Assembly: GCA_937992055.1 (NCBI GenBank)
Contig: CALKLQ010000053.1
Coordinates: forward strand, 1-63,743
From: an uncultured Clostridia bacterium
GTDB taxonomy: Bacteria > Bacillota > Clostridia > Christensenellales > UBA1242
Reading direction: 5' to 3'
DNA length: 63,743 nt
Positions 31,685 through 40,680 of this stretch are shown here, in pieces. The stretch's first letter is position 1. Each line of letters starts with the position of its first letter. Under the pieces are notes generated by a model that searched no databases, was not told the origin of the DNA, and saw only the letters and a program-made list of their open reading frames with translations. The translations under genes were made by a program, and so were the position numbers.

Positions 31685-31725
31685 AAGTTGCGACACCATT
31701 AATTAAAGATTAAGGAGGTAAAAAA

Positions 31726-32061
31726 ATGAAATGGCTTGATAGAGTTAAAGTTACTGTTAGTAAAAAAAAATATGAAGATGCAGGTGTTTTCAAAGGCGCT
31801 GAAGGTGTTATAATTTTCGCTTGGCTAAGAAATGATCAATTTGAAGTTGTATTTTCTGATGAGGATGGCAGAGATTATGCTATGATAGAAATTAATGTTG
31901 CAGATTTGGAATTAGTAAGAGAAAATACTATAACAGATGAGGATATACTTGAAGACCTTCCCCTTCATGACCCACATTGGTGGTGCAAAGTTGAGGATGG
32001 GTTTATTCTCAATCTTTTGGGCGAAAAGAAAAATAAAATACCTTATGATTATAATTCTTAA
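31726..32061 (+). CDS. DUF4926-like small protein (putative immunity/antitoxin partner)
   Basis: AAGGAGG RBS. LDRVKVTV...GVFKGAEGVIIF....DQFEVVFSDEDGRDYAMIEINVADLELV fits the remembered DUF4926 pattern (D.V.L...G...G..G.IV...YEVEF.D..G.T.A). Confidence 0.5.
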   Translation: MKWLDRVKVTVSKKKYEDAGVFKGAEGVIIFAWLRNDQFEVVFSDEDGRDYAMIEINVADLELVRENTITDEDILEDLPLHDPHWWCKVEDGFILNLLGEKKNKIPYDYNS

Positions 32062-32162
32062 ATTTAATTATTAATTATTTTAATATTATAGTAGTAAATA
32101 AAGTTAATAAAAAATTAATTTTAAAAAATAATCATAATTAAAAAATTATTTAATAAAAATAT

Positions 32163-32199
32163 AAAAAGATAACAATTATTTATTTGTTATCTTTTTTTT
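32163..32199. terminator. bidirectional intrinsic terminator
   Basis: Stem AGATAACAA/TTGTTATCT flanked by an A-run and a T-run. Lies between two convergent genes. Confidence 0.75.
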
Positions 32200-32259
32200 A
32201 ATTAATTTAAATATAATTAAATATTTAATTTATTTATATTTTTTTTAATATTAATTAAT

Positions 32260-33294
32260 TTATGAAACCAAACTTGGTCTTTCCTGTGCAATCATTGAAA
32301 TTGTCTCATGTTTTCCATTTCTTATAACTTCAACAACAATTTCGTCACCAATATCATATGAAAACATTTGCATTTTTAAATCTAACAAGGTTTCAATTTG
32401 TTTGTCACCTATTTTAACAATTAAATCGCCCTCTTCTACACCTGCAAGATAAGCCACCGCTTTTTGGTCAACGCTTACAACATACACACCTTTTTCACTT
32501 GTTGTTTCTCCATAATAATTTGCAATGTCAGCATCAAATCCAAACACTCCAATATAAGCAGGCTCAAAATCGTTATTTTTTACAATGCGTTCCGAAATGG
32601 CACAACCAACTTCAATAGGAATGGCAAACCCAATACCCTCAGATTCACTTGCCTTAAGAGTGTTAATTCCAACAACTCTTCCATCTAATGAAATTAGTGG
32701 CCCACCACTATTACCCGGGTTAATGCTTGCGTCATGTTGAATAAGATTTTGAAGATAACTTGCTCCACCCATGCTTTCAATTTCCAAAGTTCTATTTAAA
32801 GCACTCACAATGCCCTTTGTCACAGTGTGTTTGAATTGTAAAGTTAGAGGCGTGCCAATAGCTAACACATCTTCACCAACTTGCAAATCTTTCGAACTTC
32901 CACATTCTAAATATGGCATATTTTTTGTGCTTTTAATAATTGCCATATCAAGTGAGGAATCAGACCAAATAAATTTAGCTGGCGCATTAGTTTTATCTGC
33001 AAAATAAACCGTCAAATCTGAACTTCCTTGAACAACATGGTGATTAGTTAAAATATAACCACCATCAGCAATAGCCACACCACTCCCAACACTATAACCT
33101 CCGCTCACACTGGCAGAGATTCCAACAACGGCACTTTTAACACTCTCCACAACCTCCACCGCACTTTTATAATTCGTAGAAGTGATTAATCGAGGGGTCA
33201 TATCTACACTAGAATCAGCTTTTACAAACATAGGATTTGTACATCCAGATAAAATAAACATAAAAGAAATACATAACAATAATAGTTTTTTCAT
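32260..33294 (-). CDS. htrA: HtrA/DegP-family (S1C) serine protease with a PDZ domain; probable lipoprotein
   Basis: TNHHV, DMAIIK and NPGNSGGPL catalytic-triad motifs plus a C-terminal PDZ. Lipobox LSGC after the signal peptide. ATG 33294 follows GGAG. Confidence 0.88.
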   Translation of the reverse strand: MKKLLLLCISFMFILSGCTNPMFVKADSSVDMTPRLITSTNYKSAVEVVESVKSAVVGISASVSGGYSVGSGVAIADGGYILTNHHVVQGSSDLTVYFADKTNAPAKFIWSDSSLDMAIIKSTKNMPYLECGSSKDLQVGEDVLAIGTPLTLQFKHTVTKGIVSALNRTLEIESMGGASYLQNLIQHDASINPGNSGGPLISLDGRVVGINTLKASESEGIGFAIPIEVGCAISERIVKNNDFEPAYIGVFGFDADIANYYGETTSEKGVYVVSVDQKAVAYLAGVEEGDLIVKIGDKQIETLLDLKMQMFSYDIGDEIVVEVIRNGKHETISMIAQERPSLVS

Positions 33295-33368
33295 AAATTT
33301 CTCCACAATGTAGTTTGCGCAAAATTATGTAACATATTCTTAAAAAAACCATAGGATTTTTCTTATGG

Positions 33369-33542
33369 TCAGACTGAAGACAAACGTCGAGATCGTAAAA
33401 TTTTAACAAAATTTTACTTACTGCGTTAACTGAAAAACGCCCTAAGACAGTCATTTACGTTAGTAAACTCCTGCCTTAGAGCATTTTTCGAGCCTTGTCT
33501 CTCTCGTTTCTCTTCAGTCTGATTAATTTGTCTACACACTGA
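33369..33542 (-). repeat. structured intergenic repeat, copy 1 (174 nt, sense on the minus strand)
   Basis: Reverse complement is 170/174 identical to 40681-40854. The termini TCAGACTGAAGA...TCTTCAGTCTGA pair with each other. Hairpins flank both sides (33349-33368 and 33542-33568). Confidence 0.9.
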
Positions 33543-33592
33543 CCATAAGAATTTAATTCTCTTATGGTTTAATTTTTAAGTGTTAAAAACTA

Positions 33593-33784
33593 TTACGCTT
33601 CCTTGTTTAATTTTTTTAAAAGAAAATCTAAATCAACCTCATGCACTTCGGCACCCTCTTCCAAAGTTTCCATTTGCGACATAGGGCATCCAAAACAATG
33701 AAAGCCAAAACCTTGCAAAATTTCAGCGTTTTTTTCATCAGCCTCTAAAACTTCACCTATTGTTGTATCTTTATTAAATTTCAT
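33593..33784 (-). CDS. DUF1858 / hybrid-cluster-associated redox disulfide domain protein
   Basis: 63 aa with the FHCFGCPMS CxxC motif and TIGEVL, typical of this small family. Confidence 0.7.
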   Translation of the reverse strand: MKFNKDTTIGEVLEADEKNAEILQGFGFHCFGCPMSQMETLEEGAEVHEVDLDFLLKKLNKEA

Positions 33785-33918
33785 TTAATATCTCCTTTTT
33801 CTTCTCATTGCAAATAAAAATCAAAGTAATCGTTAATTTTAAAGCATTTATTACCTTTTATTGCAACAAAGATAGAATATTCTATTTTAAAATAAGTGTC
33901 AACAACTTTTTATTAGTT

Positions 33919-34638
33919 TCAAAATTTATCATTCAAATCTTTCAGATAGGTTTTAGCTTTTTTTGGCAATTTAATTTTTTCAATTATAAAACCTTGAATT
34001 TCTATTCCAAATGCATACATCCTGTCGCAAAGCTTTTCATAAACCAAATCAGTCAAATCATTTAAATTTGCAATTTGTTCCAACTTAAAATTATTCTTTT
34101 CAATTTCATCTACAACAAACTCACTTAAAAAGTTCTCCAAAATGATTTCCGCTTCTTTATTCTTCAAATAATCATAAATTTTCAAAAGACTGTTCACAAA
34201 ACGAAAAGAATCTACCACCCTAAAGGCGAAACCACCCTCCAGCCAAATTGAATAATTACCCAAACATTTGTCACTAAGATTTATTTTTCGATAACTAATC
34301 CATTTATTATATTCAAATAATTTCAAATTTACAAAATAGGCGTTAGCCTCAAAAGTCTTTGGTAGTTTGCCATCACTGCCCGCCCTATCAAGCTTAAACT
34401 TCTTCACGCATTTTGGCAAGGTTGATAAAGATAATTCATGTTCACCACTTTTTAATATATCAAAAACTTTTCCACTTTTTGCAATTACAAAGTCAAATCC
34501 ACTTGGAACAACAACTTTACTATTCAATCTTATCTGCCCATTTTTAAGTTTATATACAAAAATTAAATTTGAAGACACATCAGAATTTAATATAATGTTT
34601 TTTTTGAAAATATTTTTGAATCTAGAAAACAGTCTCAT
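33919..34638 (-). CDS. SPFH/Band-7_1 (YdjI-like) domain protein
   Basis: Same length and motif order as B. subtilis YdjI-type proteins (G..I.L.S.VVVP.G...V...SGKV...EANAYFVNLK.F....W...). Confidence 0.45.
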   Translation of the reverse strand: MRLFSRFKNIFKKNIILNSDVSSNLIFVYKLKNGQIRLNSKVVVPSGFDFVIAKSGKVFDILKSGEHELSLSTLPKCVKKFKLDRAGSDGKLPKTFEANAYFVNLKLFEYNKWISYRKINLSDKCLGNYSIWLEGGFAFRVVDSFRFVNSLLKIYDYLKNKEAEIILENFLSEFVVDEIEKNNFKLEQIANLNDLTDLVYEKLCDRMYAFGIEIQGFIIEKIKLPKKAKTYLKDLNDKF

Positions 34639-34736
34639 ATTTATAATATATCACATATCCTGTCAAATTTTGTCAAAAAAACAAAAATCGTTCATAAAAG
34701 CCAACAAATTTAATAATTTAAAGTGTGGAGGAAAAC

Positions 34737-35453
34737 ATGAAAGTTTCAGAAATCATCTCTAAAGAAATAATATCAATTTATGAATGTGAAAGTGTGGGCA
34801 CAGTAAAAGACGTCTGTTTTAATAAACTACTAAAAAAGGTAAATGGCTTTGTTTTTTTTAATGACGACAGCGATTTAGATTGTTATATCCCTACTTCAAA
34901 AATTTATAAGCTTTATGACGAAGGGATATTAATTAAAAATACTAGAAAAATAGAATATTTTTATGACGAAAGCAACAACCCAATAAATAAAAAGGTTTTT
35001 TCTATAGCTGGAAAAGATTGCGGAAAGATTGTAGAAATAGAAATAACCCAAGAAGGCAATGTTGAATATATGCTAACCAGCAAAGGAGAACAAATTAACC
35101 CAGATAATATTTTAACAAATGGAATTAATATCATTCTAATTAAAGAGCAGGACCAAAAAATTTCGATTTCGTCATTTAAGCCAAAAGACAAGATAGAAGT
35201 CAGTCACGAAAATCTCCAAGTTAAAATTGTGAAAATGCCTATAATAGAAGAGCAGGAGTTCTCTCCCATATCCACCCCGCCTAAAATCACAACTAACACT
35301 TCCTCCCTGTTGGGCAAACGTGCAAAAAGAACAATAATGGGACTTAATAACGAAGTTATAGTAAAACAAAATCAACTTATTTCACAATACACTTTAAATC
35401 TTGCAAAAAAACATAACAAAACCAATGAATTAATTTTTAATGTTATGGAATAG
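34737..35453 (+). CDS. PRC-barrel-like (YlmC/YmxH-type) domain protein
   Basis: MKVSEIISKEIISIYECESVGTVKDV resembles the YlmC/YmxH N-terminus. ATG 34737 follows GGAGG. Confidence 0.4.
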   Translation: MKVSEIISKEIISIYECESVGTVKDVCFNKLLKKVNGFVFFNDDSDLDCYIPTSKIYKLYDEGILIKNTRKIEYFYDESNNPINKKVFSIAGKDCGKIVEIEITQEGNVEYMLTSKGEQINPDNILTNGINIILIKEQDQKISISSFKPKDKIEVSHENLQVKIVKMPIIEEQEFSPISTPPKITTNTSSLLGKRAKRTIMGLNNEVIVKQNQLISQYTLNLAKKHNKTNELIFNVME

Positions 35454-35620
35454 TGCTAATTAAGTTTGCTATAAAAATAAACGCAAAACAATTTTAAAAC
35501 AAAAAAGCATTATCTTAAAAAGATTAAAATAAAAATTCATTAAAGAAAAAACTCGCATAACTTTATCACTGATCAATTAAAGCGAGTTTTTATTTTATAT
35601 AATTTCTTAAGTTGTTTAAA

Positions 35621-35866
35621 TTAAAATCCTACAATCTTGTCTGCGTAATAACTCCTTCTTTCAGCCGTCTTATAAGCTTCTAAGGAAGCTGCTGGCACGT
35701 AAATTAAAGTTCTATAGGAGAAAAACAAATGCAAAAAAGCCTAGTTGTGTTGGTTCAGGCGAGTTAAACTTAAATGAAGTTAGCTTGTTGCAATTCAAAA
35801 ACGGCCGTTCACCAATAACATAACCAGCAAATAAATTTTCCTGAATATACTCATCATTTAAGGAAA
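35621..35866 (-). pseudogene. C-terminal remnant of a BspA-type leucine-rich-repeat surface protein gene
   Basis: Minus-strand translation gives ...IQENLFAGYVIGERPFLNCNKLTSFKFNSPEPTQLGFFAFVF. After a frame change in a T-run it continues RTLIYVPAASLEAYKTAERRSYYADKIVGF*. There is no N-terminal part, and the oppositely oriented DUF975 gene starts at 35877. Confidence 0.55.
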
Positions 35867-35876
35867 TAATTTAAAT

Positions 35877-36599
35877 ATGAAAAAAAATGTTTTTTTAACA
35901 ATAGTTGAAACCTTTCAAGATTTTAAAAAAAATTATGAAAAAATTATGCCTACCGCACTTCTTGCCTGGGCAATTTCTTTATCTACAATTTTATTCTTAA
36001 TTCCTTTTGGATTTGTTGTTTGCTTTGTTGTTATGAGCGTTCTTTGTATTGGGCTACAAGAATATAATATTTTGGTATTAGAAAATAAAAAAGCCACTCC
36101 AGAAATTATTTTTTCCAGATTTAATCAAACGGCAAGCGCGGTAAGTTTAAAATTTATAAAATTAGTTTTTATTTTTATTTGGTCATTACTTCTAATTATC
36201 CCTGGAATTATTTGCGCATTAAACTATGCTTTTGCAAGTCATATATTTGCGGAAAATAAAAAGTTAACACCATTTGAGGTTTTAGAAAAAAGTAAGTCAT
36301 TGGTTTATGGCTATAGAAGCAAGTTATTATTTTTGGCACTATTCACTCTTCTATTAACTATTGTAATTATTTCTTTCGTATCCTTCTTAATTTGGCTATT
36401 AACACTTGTAGTTTCAATACCGCTTTGGCTTATTGGCGTTATGATAGGAGTTATTTCATTAATTATTATTGCCTTATTGGTATTGCCGTTTATGGAAATT
36501 TCTTGGACAAATTGCTATTTGGAAGCAAGAAATCAAAATCTAAAAAAGCAAAAAAATGTTAACAAAGAAAAACAAAAATCTGATATAATAACAGCATAG
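35877..36599 (+). CDS. DUF975-family integral membrane protein
   Basis: Polytopic membrane ORF with the N-terminal F.DFKKNY... pattern seen in DUF975 proteins. Confidence 0.55.
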   Translation: MKKNVFLTIVETFQDFKKNYEKIMPTALLAWAISLSTILFLIPFGFVVCFVVMSVLCIGLQEYNILVLENKKATPEIIFSRFNQTASAVSLKFIKLVFIFIWSLLLIIPGIICALNYAFASHIFAENKKLTPFEVLEKSKSLVYGYRSKLLFLALFTLLLTIVIISFVSFLIWLLTLVVSIPLWLIGVMIGVISLIIIALLVLPFMEISWTNCYLEARNQNLKKQKNVNKEKQKSDIITA

Positions 36600-36608
36600 A
36601 GGATAAAA

Positions 36609-37277
36609 ATGTCAGAAAATAATTTAATTTTAAAATCAAATGATGCAAAACAAAAATTTATGGAACTTCGTCGCAAAGTGGAAGAATTAATTGAAAAAAC
36701 TCCATTCAATAAGATCGACGAAGTTTTTGCAGAAGAATTTAGCAGAATTTACACTGAGGCAACTTTAGGAGATATTGTATGTCAAGACTATTTAGGTTAC
36801 ATTTTTAAAAGAGGAAAAGAAGGTCTTGTTCCAGAAAATATTGACCTTTCAATGCAATGGCAAATTTTGGCAGCGGCAAATGGAAATGACCTTTCAATAG
36901 ACCGTCTAGCAATATTTTTAAATAGTGCTTATGACGAAATAGTTGACCTGCCAGATTTTGGAGATATTAAAGTTTATAATAATATAGACGAAAATAATTA
37001 TACATATATTATTGGGCGCCTTTTATGTGATGCAATAATAGATATTCTACAAATCAATGCTTTAAACATAATAAAGGAGGTCCCAGATACCCTTTTATTC
37101 AATCAAAAATCTATGCGAGTTTATGAAAATGCAAGACAACAAGCGGTGCCAATAGTGGTAAAATTTTTACGTTCAAGCTTTGCTCAACACGACGAAACTC
37201 CACAACCTTCTAAAGAGCAAACAACTAATGAAAAAAAGAACTTGTTTGCAAAATTATTTAAAAAAAATAAAAATTAA
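36609..37277 (+). CDS. hypothetical protein with a Sel1-like repeat signature
   Basis: YLGYIFKRGKEGLVPENIDLSMQWQILAAANGNDLS fits the LG..Y..G.GV..D...A..W...AA..G pattern. Confidence 0.35.
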   Translation: MSENNLILKSNDAKQKFMELRRKVEELIEKTPFNKIDEVFAEEFSRIYTEATLGDIVCQDYLGYIFKRGKEGLVPENIDLSMQWQILAAANGNDLSIDRLAIFLNSAYDEIVDLPDFGDIKVYNNIDENNYTYIIGRLLCDAIIDILQINALNIIKEVPDTLLFNQKSMRVYENARQQAVPIVVKFLRSSFAQHDETPQPSKEQTTNEKKNLFAKLFKKNKN

Positions 37278-37299
37278 AGATCCATTTTGAAACTAGCAA

Positions 37300-37332
37300 A
37301 AATCGAACTTAAAATTTTAAGTTCGGTTTTTT
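37300..37332 (+). terminator. intrinsic terminator
   Basis: Stem TCGAACTTA/TAAGTTCGG followed by T6. Confidence 0.75.
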
Positions 37333-37587
37333 ATAAGATATTTTTATTAGCTCGAAAATATATAAGTTCTTTCAACATACATATATTCAATTTTGTTAAC
37401 TAGAAATTATATTTTATAAAATATTAAAAATGTTTTTTGGTTAAAAGGTCCCTCTTTAGCTTATGATTCCCTTATCATGCAAATGAGCTTCATGTTGTGG
37501 GCTAAAATAAAAGCTTAAAATTTCTAACTCTTTTAGCATGTGACTTTTGCACTATATTTCTTTTATTTCGAGCTAAGAATCTAAGAG

Positions 37588-37630
37588 TAAAAAAAGAAAC
37601 CTTAGCAGCTTTGCTTTATTTAGGCTTCTT
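37588..37630 (-). terminator. intrinsic terminator of rnr
   Basis: Minus-strand stem AGAAGCCTAA/TTAGGTTTCT with one G-U pair, followed by a T-run. Confidence 0.65.
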
Positions 37631-37671
37631 TAATATTTTAGTTTTAAAATTGAATAGCTAAAACTTTCTTT

Positions 37672-39975
37672 TTATTTTTCAAAAACATCATTTTTATGTT
37701 TAATATTTCTATTGTATTTTCTATTTTTTCCATCATTATTTTTCTTTTCAAATGATGAGTTATATCTTTTAGCCTCATAATTTGCCTCAAAAGATCTTCT
37801 CAAAGTGTTAGCTTTATTATATTTTTTCAAATTGACAAACTTATCAATACTTGGAACCTCATTTGAGTTTTTAACTATTTTTTCTTTTTGAAGGTCGGTA
37901 GATGTAATAATATTTCTGGAATTTCTATCCGTAGAAATTATTTTAACCTTTATTTTGTCACCTACTTTGTAAACTTTCCCAGAAAAAAGATTTTTAAGGA
38001 TAACTTTAGTTTCGTTTGTTTTAAAACCTAAAGCATTGTTTGAAAGTTCAGAATAAGGAAGTTTAAATTCAACAAGTCCGTATTTTAATTTCATAAAATT
38101 TTTGTCGAAACACACAATTCTACAGTCAAACACTTCATTAATATGATTTTCTGCCCAAATTGTCATAAGCAAACTATCACTCATCCTCTCCGCTGAATCG
38201 GCGTTTTCCTCTCTAGTAGTCAAGTGATGACCTATTTTCAGTAATTCATCAAAAGTATGCGAGGTCTTTTTTGTAGCTATAGCTTCATGAATTTGTCTGT
38301 GAACCAGTGTATCTGGGTATCTTCTTATTGGAGAGGTAAAATGGATATAGTTTTTTGAGCCCAAACCATAATGTCCTATATTTTTTGGTTGATATTTCGC
38401 CTTAGACATACAACGAAGAATCGTATCGTTTAAAAATTGTTCCGAAGGATGTCCTTTAGCTTGTTTTAATAACCTTTGAATGCCCTCTGGAGAGGTATCA
38501 CCATCAAAATTAACGCCCAAAATTTCAAAAATAGCTTGAAATTTCTCTATTTTTTCCTCATCTGGCTTATCATGAACTCTAAATAAAGTTGGAAAATTAT
38601 TATTGATAAAGAACAACCCCACCGCTTCATTGGCTAAAACCATAAGAGATTCTATCACCTTTTTTGAAAGTAAATTGCTTTTATCAACTACTTCATAAAC
38701 ATTTGTCTTGCTTTCATCAAATTTAAAAGTTGGCTCATTACTTACAAAATTCAACTCCCCTCTATCCCTTCTATTTTTAGATAATACCTCATTTATTTGA
38801 TAGAGTATATCAATATTATTAGCTATATCTGAGTATTCTTTTCTAGTATTTCCGTTATTCAAATATATATCTTCCGCAACCTCATAGGAAAGGCAATGTT
38901 TTATCTTTATTACAGATTCTACGATATTATATTTTTTAATGTTACCCTTTAAATCTACATCAACAATAGCAGTCAATGCCAACCTATCTACACCCTCGTT
39001 TAAGGAACAAATATCATTTGAAAGCTTTTCTGGAAGCATTGGATAAACACCATCACCCAAATAGCAACTAGTTCCACGATTATAAGCTTCCTGATCAACC
39101 AAACTTCCTTCTTTGACAAAATGCGCCACATCTGCAATTGCTACATATGCCTTAAATCCATTTTCTGTTTTTTCAACATAAACTGCATCGTCTTTATCTT
39201 TGCAACCAATAGGGTCTATTGTCACAAAAGGCAATTCTCTTAAATCTGTTCGTTTTGAAAGTTCACTTTTTGAAATATCTTTAGGAATTTGACTTACTTC
39301 ATACTCTATATCACTTGAAAAATCTTTTACAAATCCAAATTCAAAAGCTATAGCTTGATTTTCAACAATAGGATCACCTGCTTTGCCAAAAACTTTTGAA
39401 ACATGTCCAAAACAATAATTGCTTGAAGTTGTATTATCAAAAAAATCAATACTAAAAGCAACTTTTTTCCCAAGAGCAGATTTTGTCTGTTCATCTTGTT
39501 TTAAAATAAACTTTTGAGAAATATTTAAATTGTCAGGAATAAAAATATAATCATTTTTGCTTTTTGCAACCTGTCCCATAACATGACTTGCATTTCTTTC
39601 AAGTATTTTTAAAATGAAACATTCTTTTTTACCATTTTTATTATTTAAAAAGCCAACTTCAACCACATCATCGTGCATTGCGTTACTTTTATTTGAAACA
39701 TAATAATCTTGAGGTTCACCTTCAACGCTAACGAATCCAAAACTTTGAGTAGTATCTTTAAATACACCCTTTTTGGTTGGTATAAGATTTTTAATAATTT
39801 TATCTTTATTAGAAATGTATATCCTTTTTTCTAAAACTAATTGTTTCATTGCATCAACAACTGATTGTTCACTTATATGGAACATATTTGAAATTTTTAT
39901 TACGGCGGTTTTAACGTCACAATCAAACATTGAATTGGTAAGCATTTTTAGATATACTTTTTCTTTAAGTTCCAT
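37672..39975 (-). CDS. rnr: ribonuclease R
   Basis: RNB catalytic core (FVTIDP..CKDKDDAVYV, HFTSPIRRYPD), a C-terminal S1 domain and a Lys-rich tail. Confidence 0.95.
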   Translation of the reverse strand: MELKEKVYLKMLTNSMFDCDVKTAVIKISNMFHISEQSVVDAMKQLVLEKRIYISNKDKIIKNLIPTKKGVFKDTTQSFGFVSVEGEPQDYYVSNKSNAMHDDVVEVGFLNNKNGKKECFILKILERNASHVMGQVAKSKNDYIFIPDNLNISQKFILKQDEQTKSALGKKVAFSIDFFDNTTSSNYCFGHVSKVFGKAGDPIVENQAIAFEFGFVKDFSSDIEYEVSQIPKDISKSELSKRTDLRELPFVTIDPIGCKDKDDAVYVEKTENGFKAYVAIADVAHFVKEGSLVDQEAYNRGTSCYLGDGVYPMLPEKLSNDICSLNEGVDRLALTAIVDVDLKGNIKKYNIVESVIKIKHCLSYEVAEDIYLNNGNTRKEYSDIANNIDILYQINEVLSKNRRDRGELNFVSNEPTFKFDESKTNVYEVVDKSNLLSKKVIESLMVLANEAVGLFFINNNFPTLFRVHDKPDEEKIEKFQAIFEILGVNFDGDTSPEGIQRLLKQAKGHPSEQFLNDTILRCMSKAKYQPKNIGHYGLGSKNYIHFTSPIRRYPDTLVHRQIHEAIATKKTSHTFDELLKIGHHLTTREENADSAERMSDSLLMTIWAENHINEVFDCRIVCFDKNFMKLKYGLVEFKLPYSELSNNALGFKTNETKVILKNLFSGKVYKVGDKIKVKIISTDRNSRNIITSTDLQKEKIVKNSNEVPSIDKFVNLKKYNKANTLRRSFEANYEAKRYNSSFEKKNNDGKNRKYNRNIKHKNDVFEK

Positions 39976-40335
39976 AATCTACCTCATTTATATTATTATA
40001 AGTTTTATCTGAAAGTGCCTTCAAGGCTCATTCAAGTAAAACTGAAGTTAATTCAAACTGGAAGAGTTTGAATTGTCAAGCATGTATTAGCGAAGGTTAA
40101 TGTGAGTAAAGCGAACATTCAACTTACTAAAGATTTAACTATTAGTAGTATCATTATCAATAGTCTATCATAAGTTATCTAGCATTTCAAGAGCCAATTC
40201 AGAAAAAATGATTTAAAAATTCTTATTTTAAATAATATGTATTTTTGTTAAATATTAGTTAAAATATGACTTTGTTTTCCAAAAATTAAAAGCAAAATTA
40301 ATTTTTTAAAGATTTATTAATATTTTATCTTTTTA

Positions 40336-40378
40336 TTAAAAAAAATAACCAAATTCAAGTGAATGGTTATTTTTATTT
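40336..40378. terminator. bidirectional hairpin terminator
   Basis: Stem AATAACCA/TGGTTATT flanked by an A-run and a T-run. Confidence 0.55.
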
Positions 40379-40680
40379 GTATTTTGGAACAATACATCTT
40401 TTGGCAAAGATTTCTGACATATTATTGTTATATTATTTAATAAATGATTTATTCACAAATCTATCAAAAATTTCGTAACATTAATATTTTTTAATTGTTC
40501 CTGATTGATTTGTTTTATATCTTTTTACAATTTATTATTGATTTTATTTAATAAAAACATCAAAGCTTCATAAATTTATAAGCAAGAATTAAAATAGTAC
40601 TTTATCAATAAATTTTAATATTACAATTGCCAGTTAAATTTATCTTAAGCAAAAAGAAAAGAAATCTTAAATGAGATTTC

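Noticed and set aside
31142-32061. Prophage or phage remnant inferred from the Mu-F-type motif.
   Set aside because: No terminase, portal, capsid, tail or integrase gene, and no att-like repeat, is present. The Mu-F-like part is only the short zinc-ribbon end of the domain.
33369-33542. Hammerhead ribozyme: the repeat contains CUGAAGA and later CUCGAAA, resembling the CUGANGA ... GAAA core.
   Set aside because: The bases right after CUGAAGA and right before GAAA cannot form stem II. Copies 1 and 2 have AAAA there and copy 3 has GAAAGG. No NUH site with stems I and III could be drawn.
35670-35700. SRP/4.5S-like motif AAGGAAGCUGCUGG and a perfect AGCUUC-UAAG-GAAGCU hairpin in a GC-rich intergenic patch.
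   Set aside because: There is no GGAA tetraloop context or flanking helix-5 pairing. The opposite strand translates into a convincing BspA/LRR C-terminus, which explains the composition.
37333-37671. tmRNA (ssrA) or smpB downstream of rnr, as in many Firmicutes.
   Set aside because: There is no tRNA-like acceptor/T-arm ending in CCA, no GGGG-type 5' end, no tag ORF and no smpB ORF. Only the rnr terminator and short inverted words are present.
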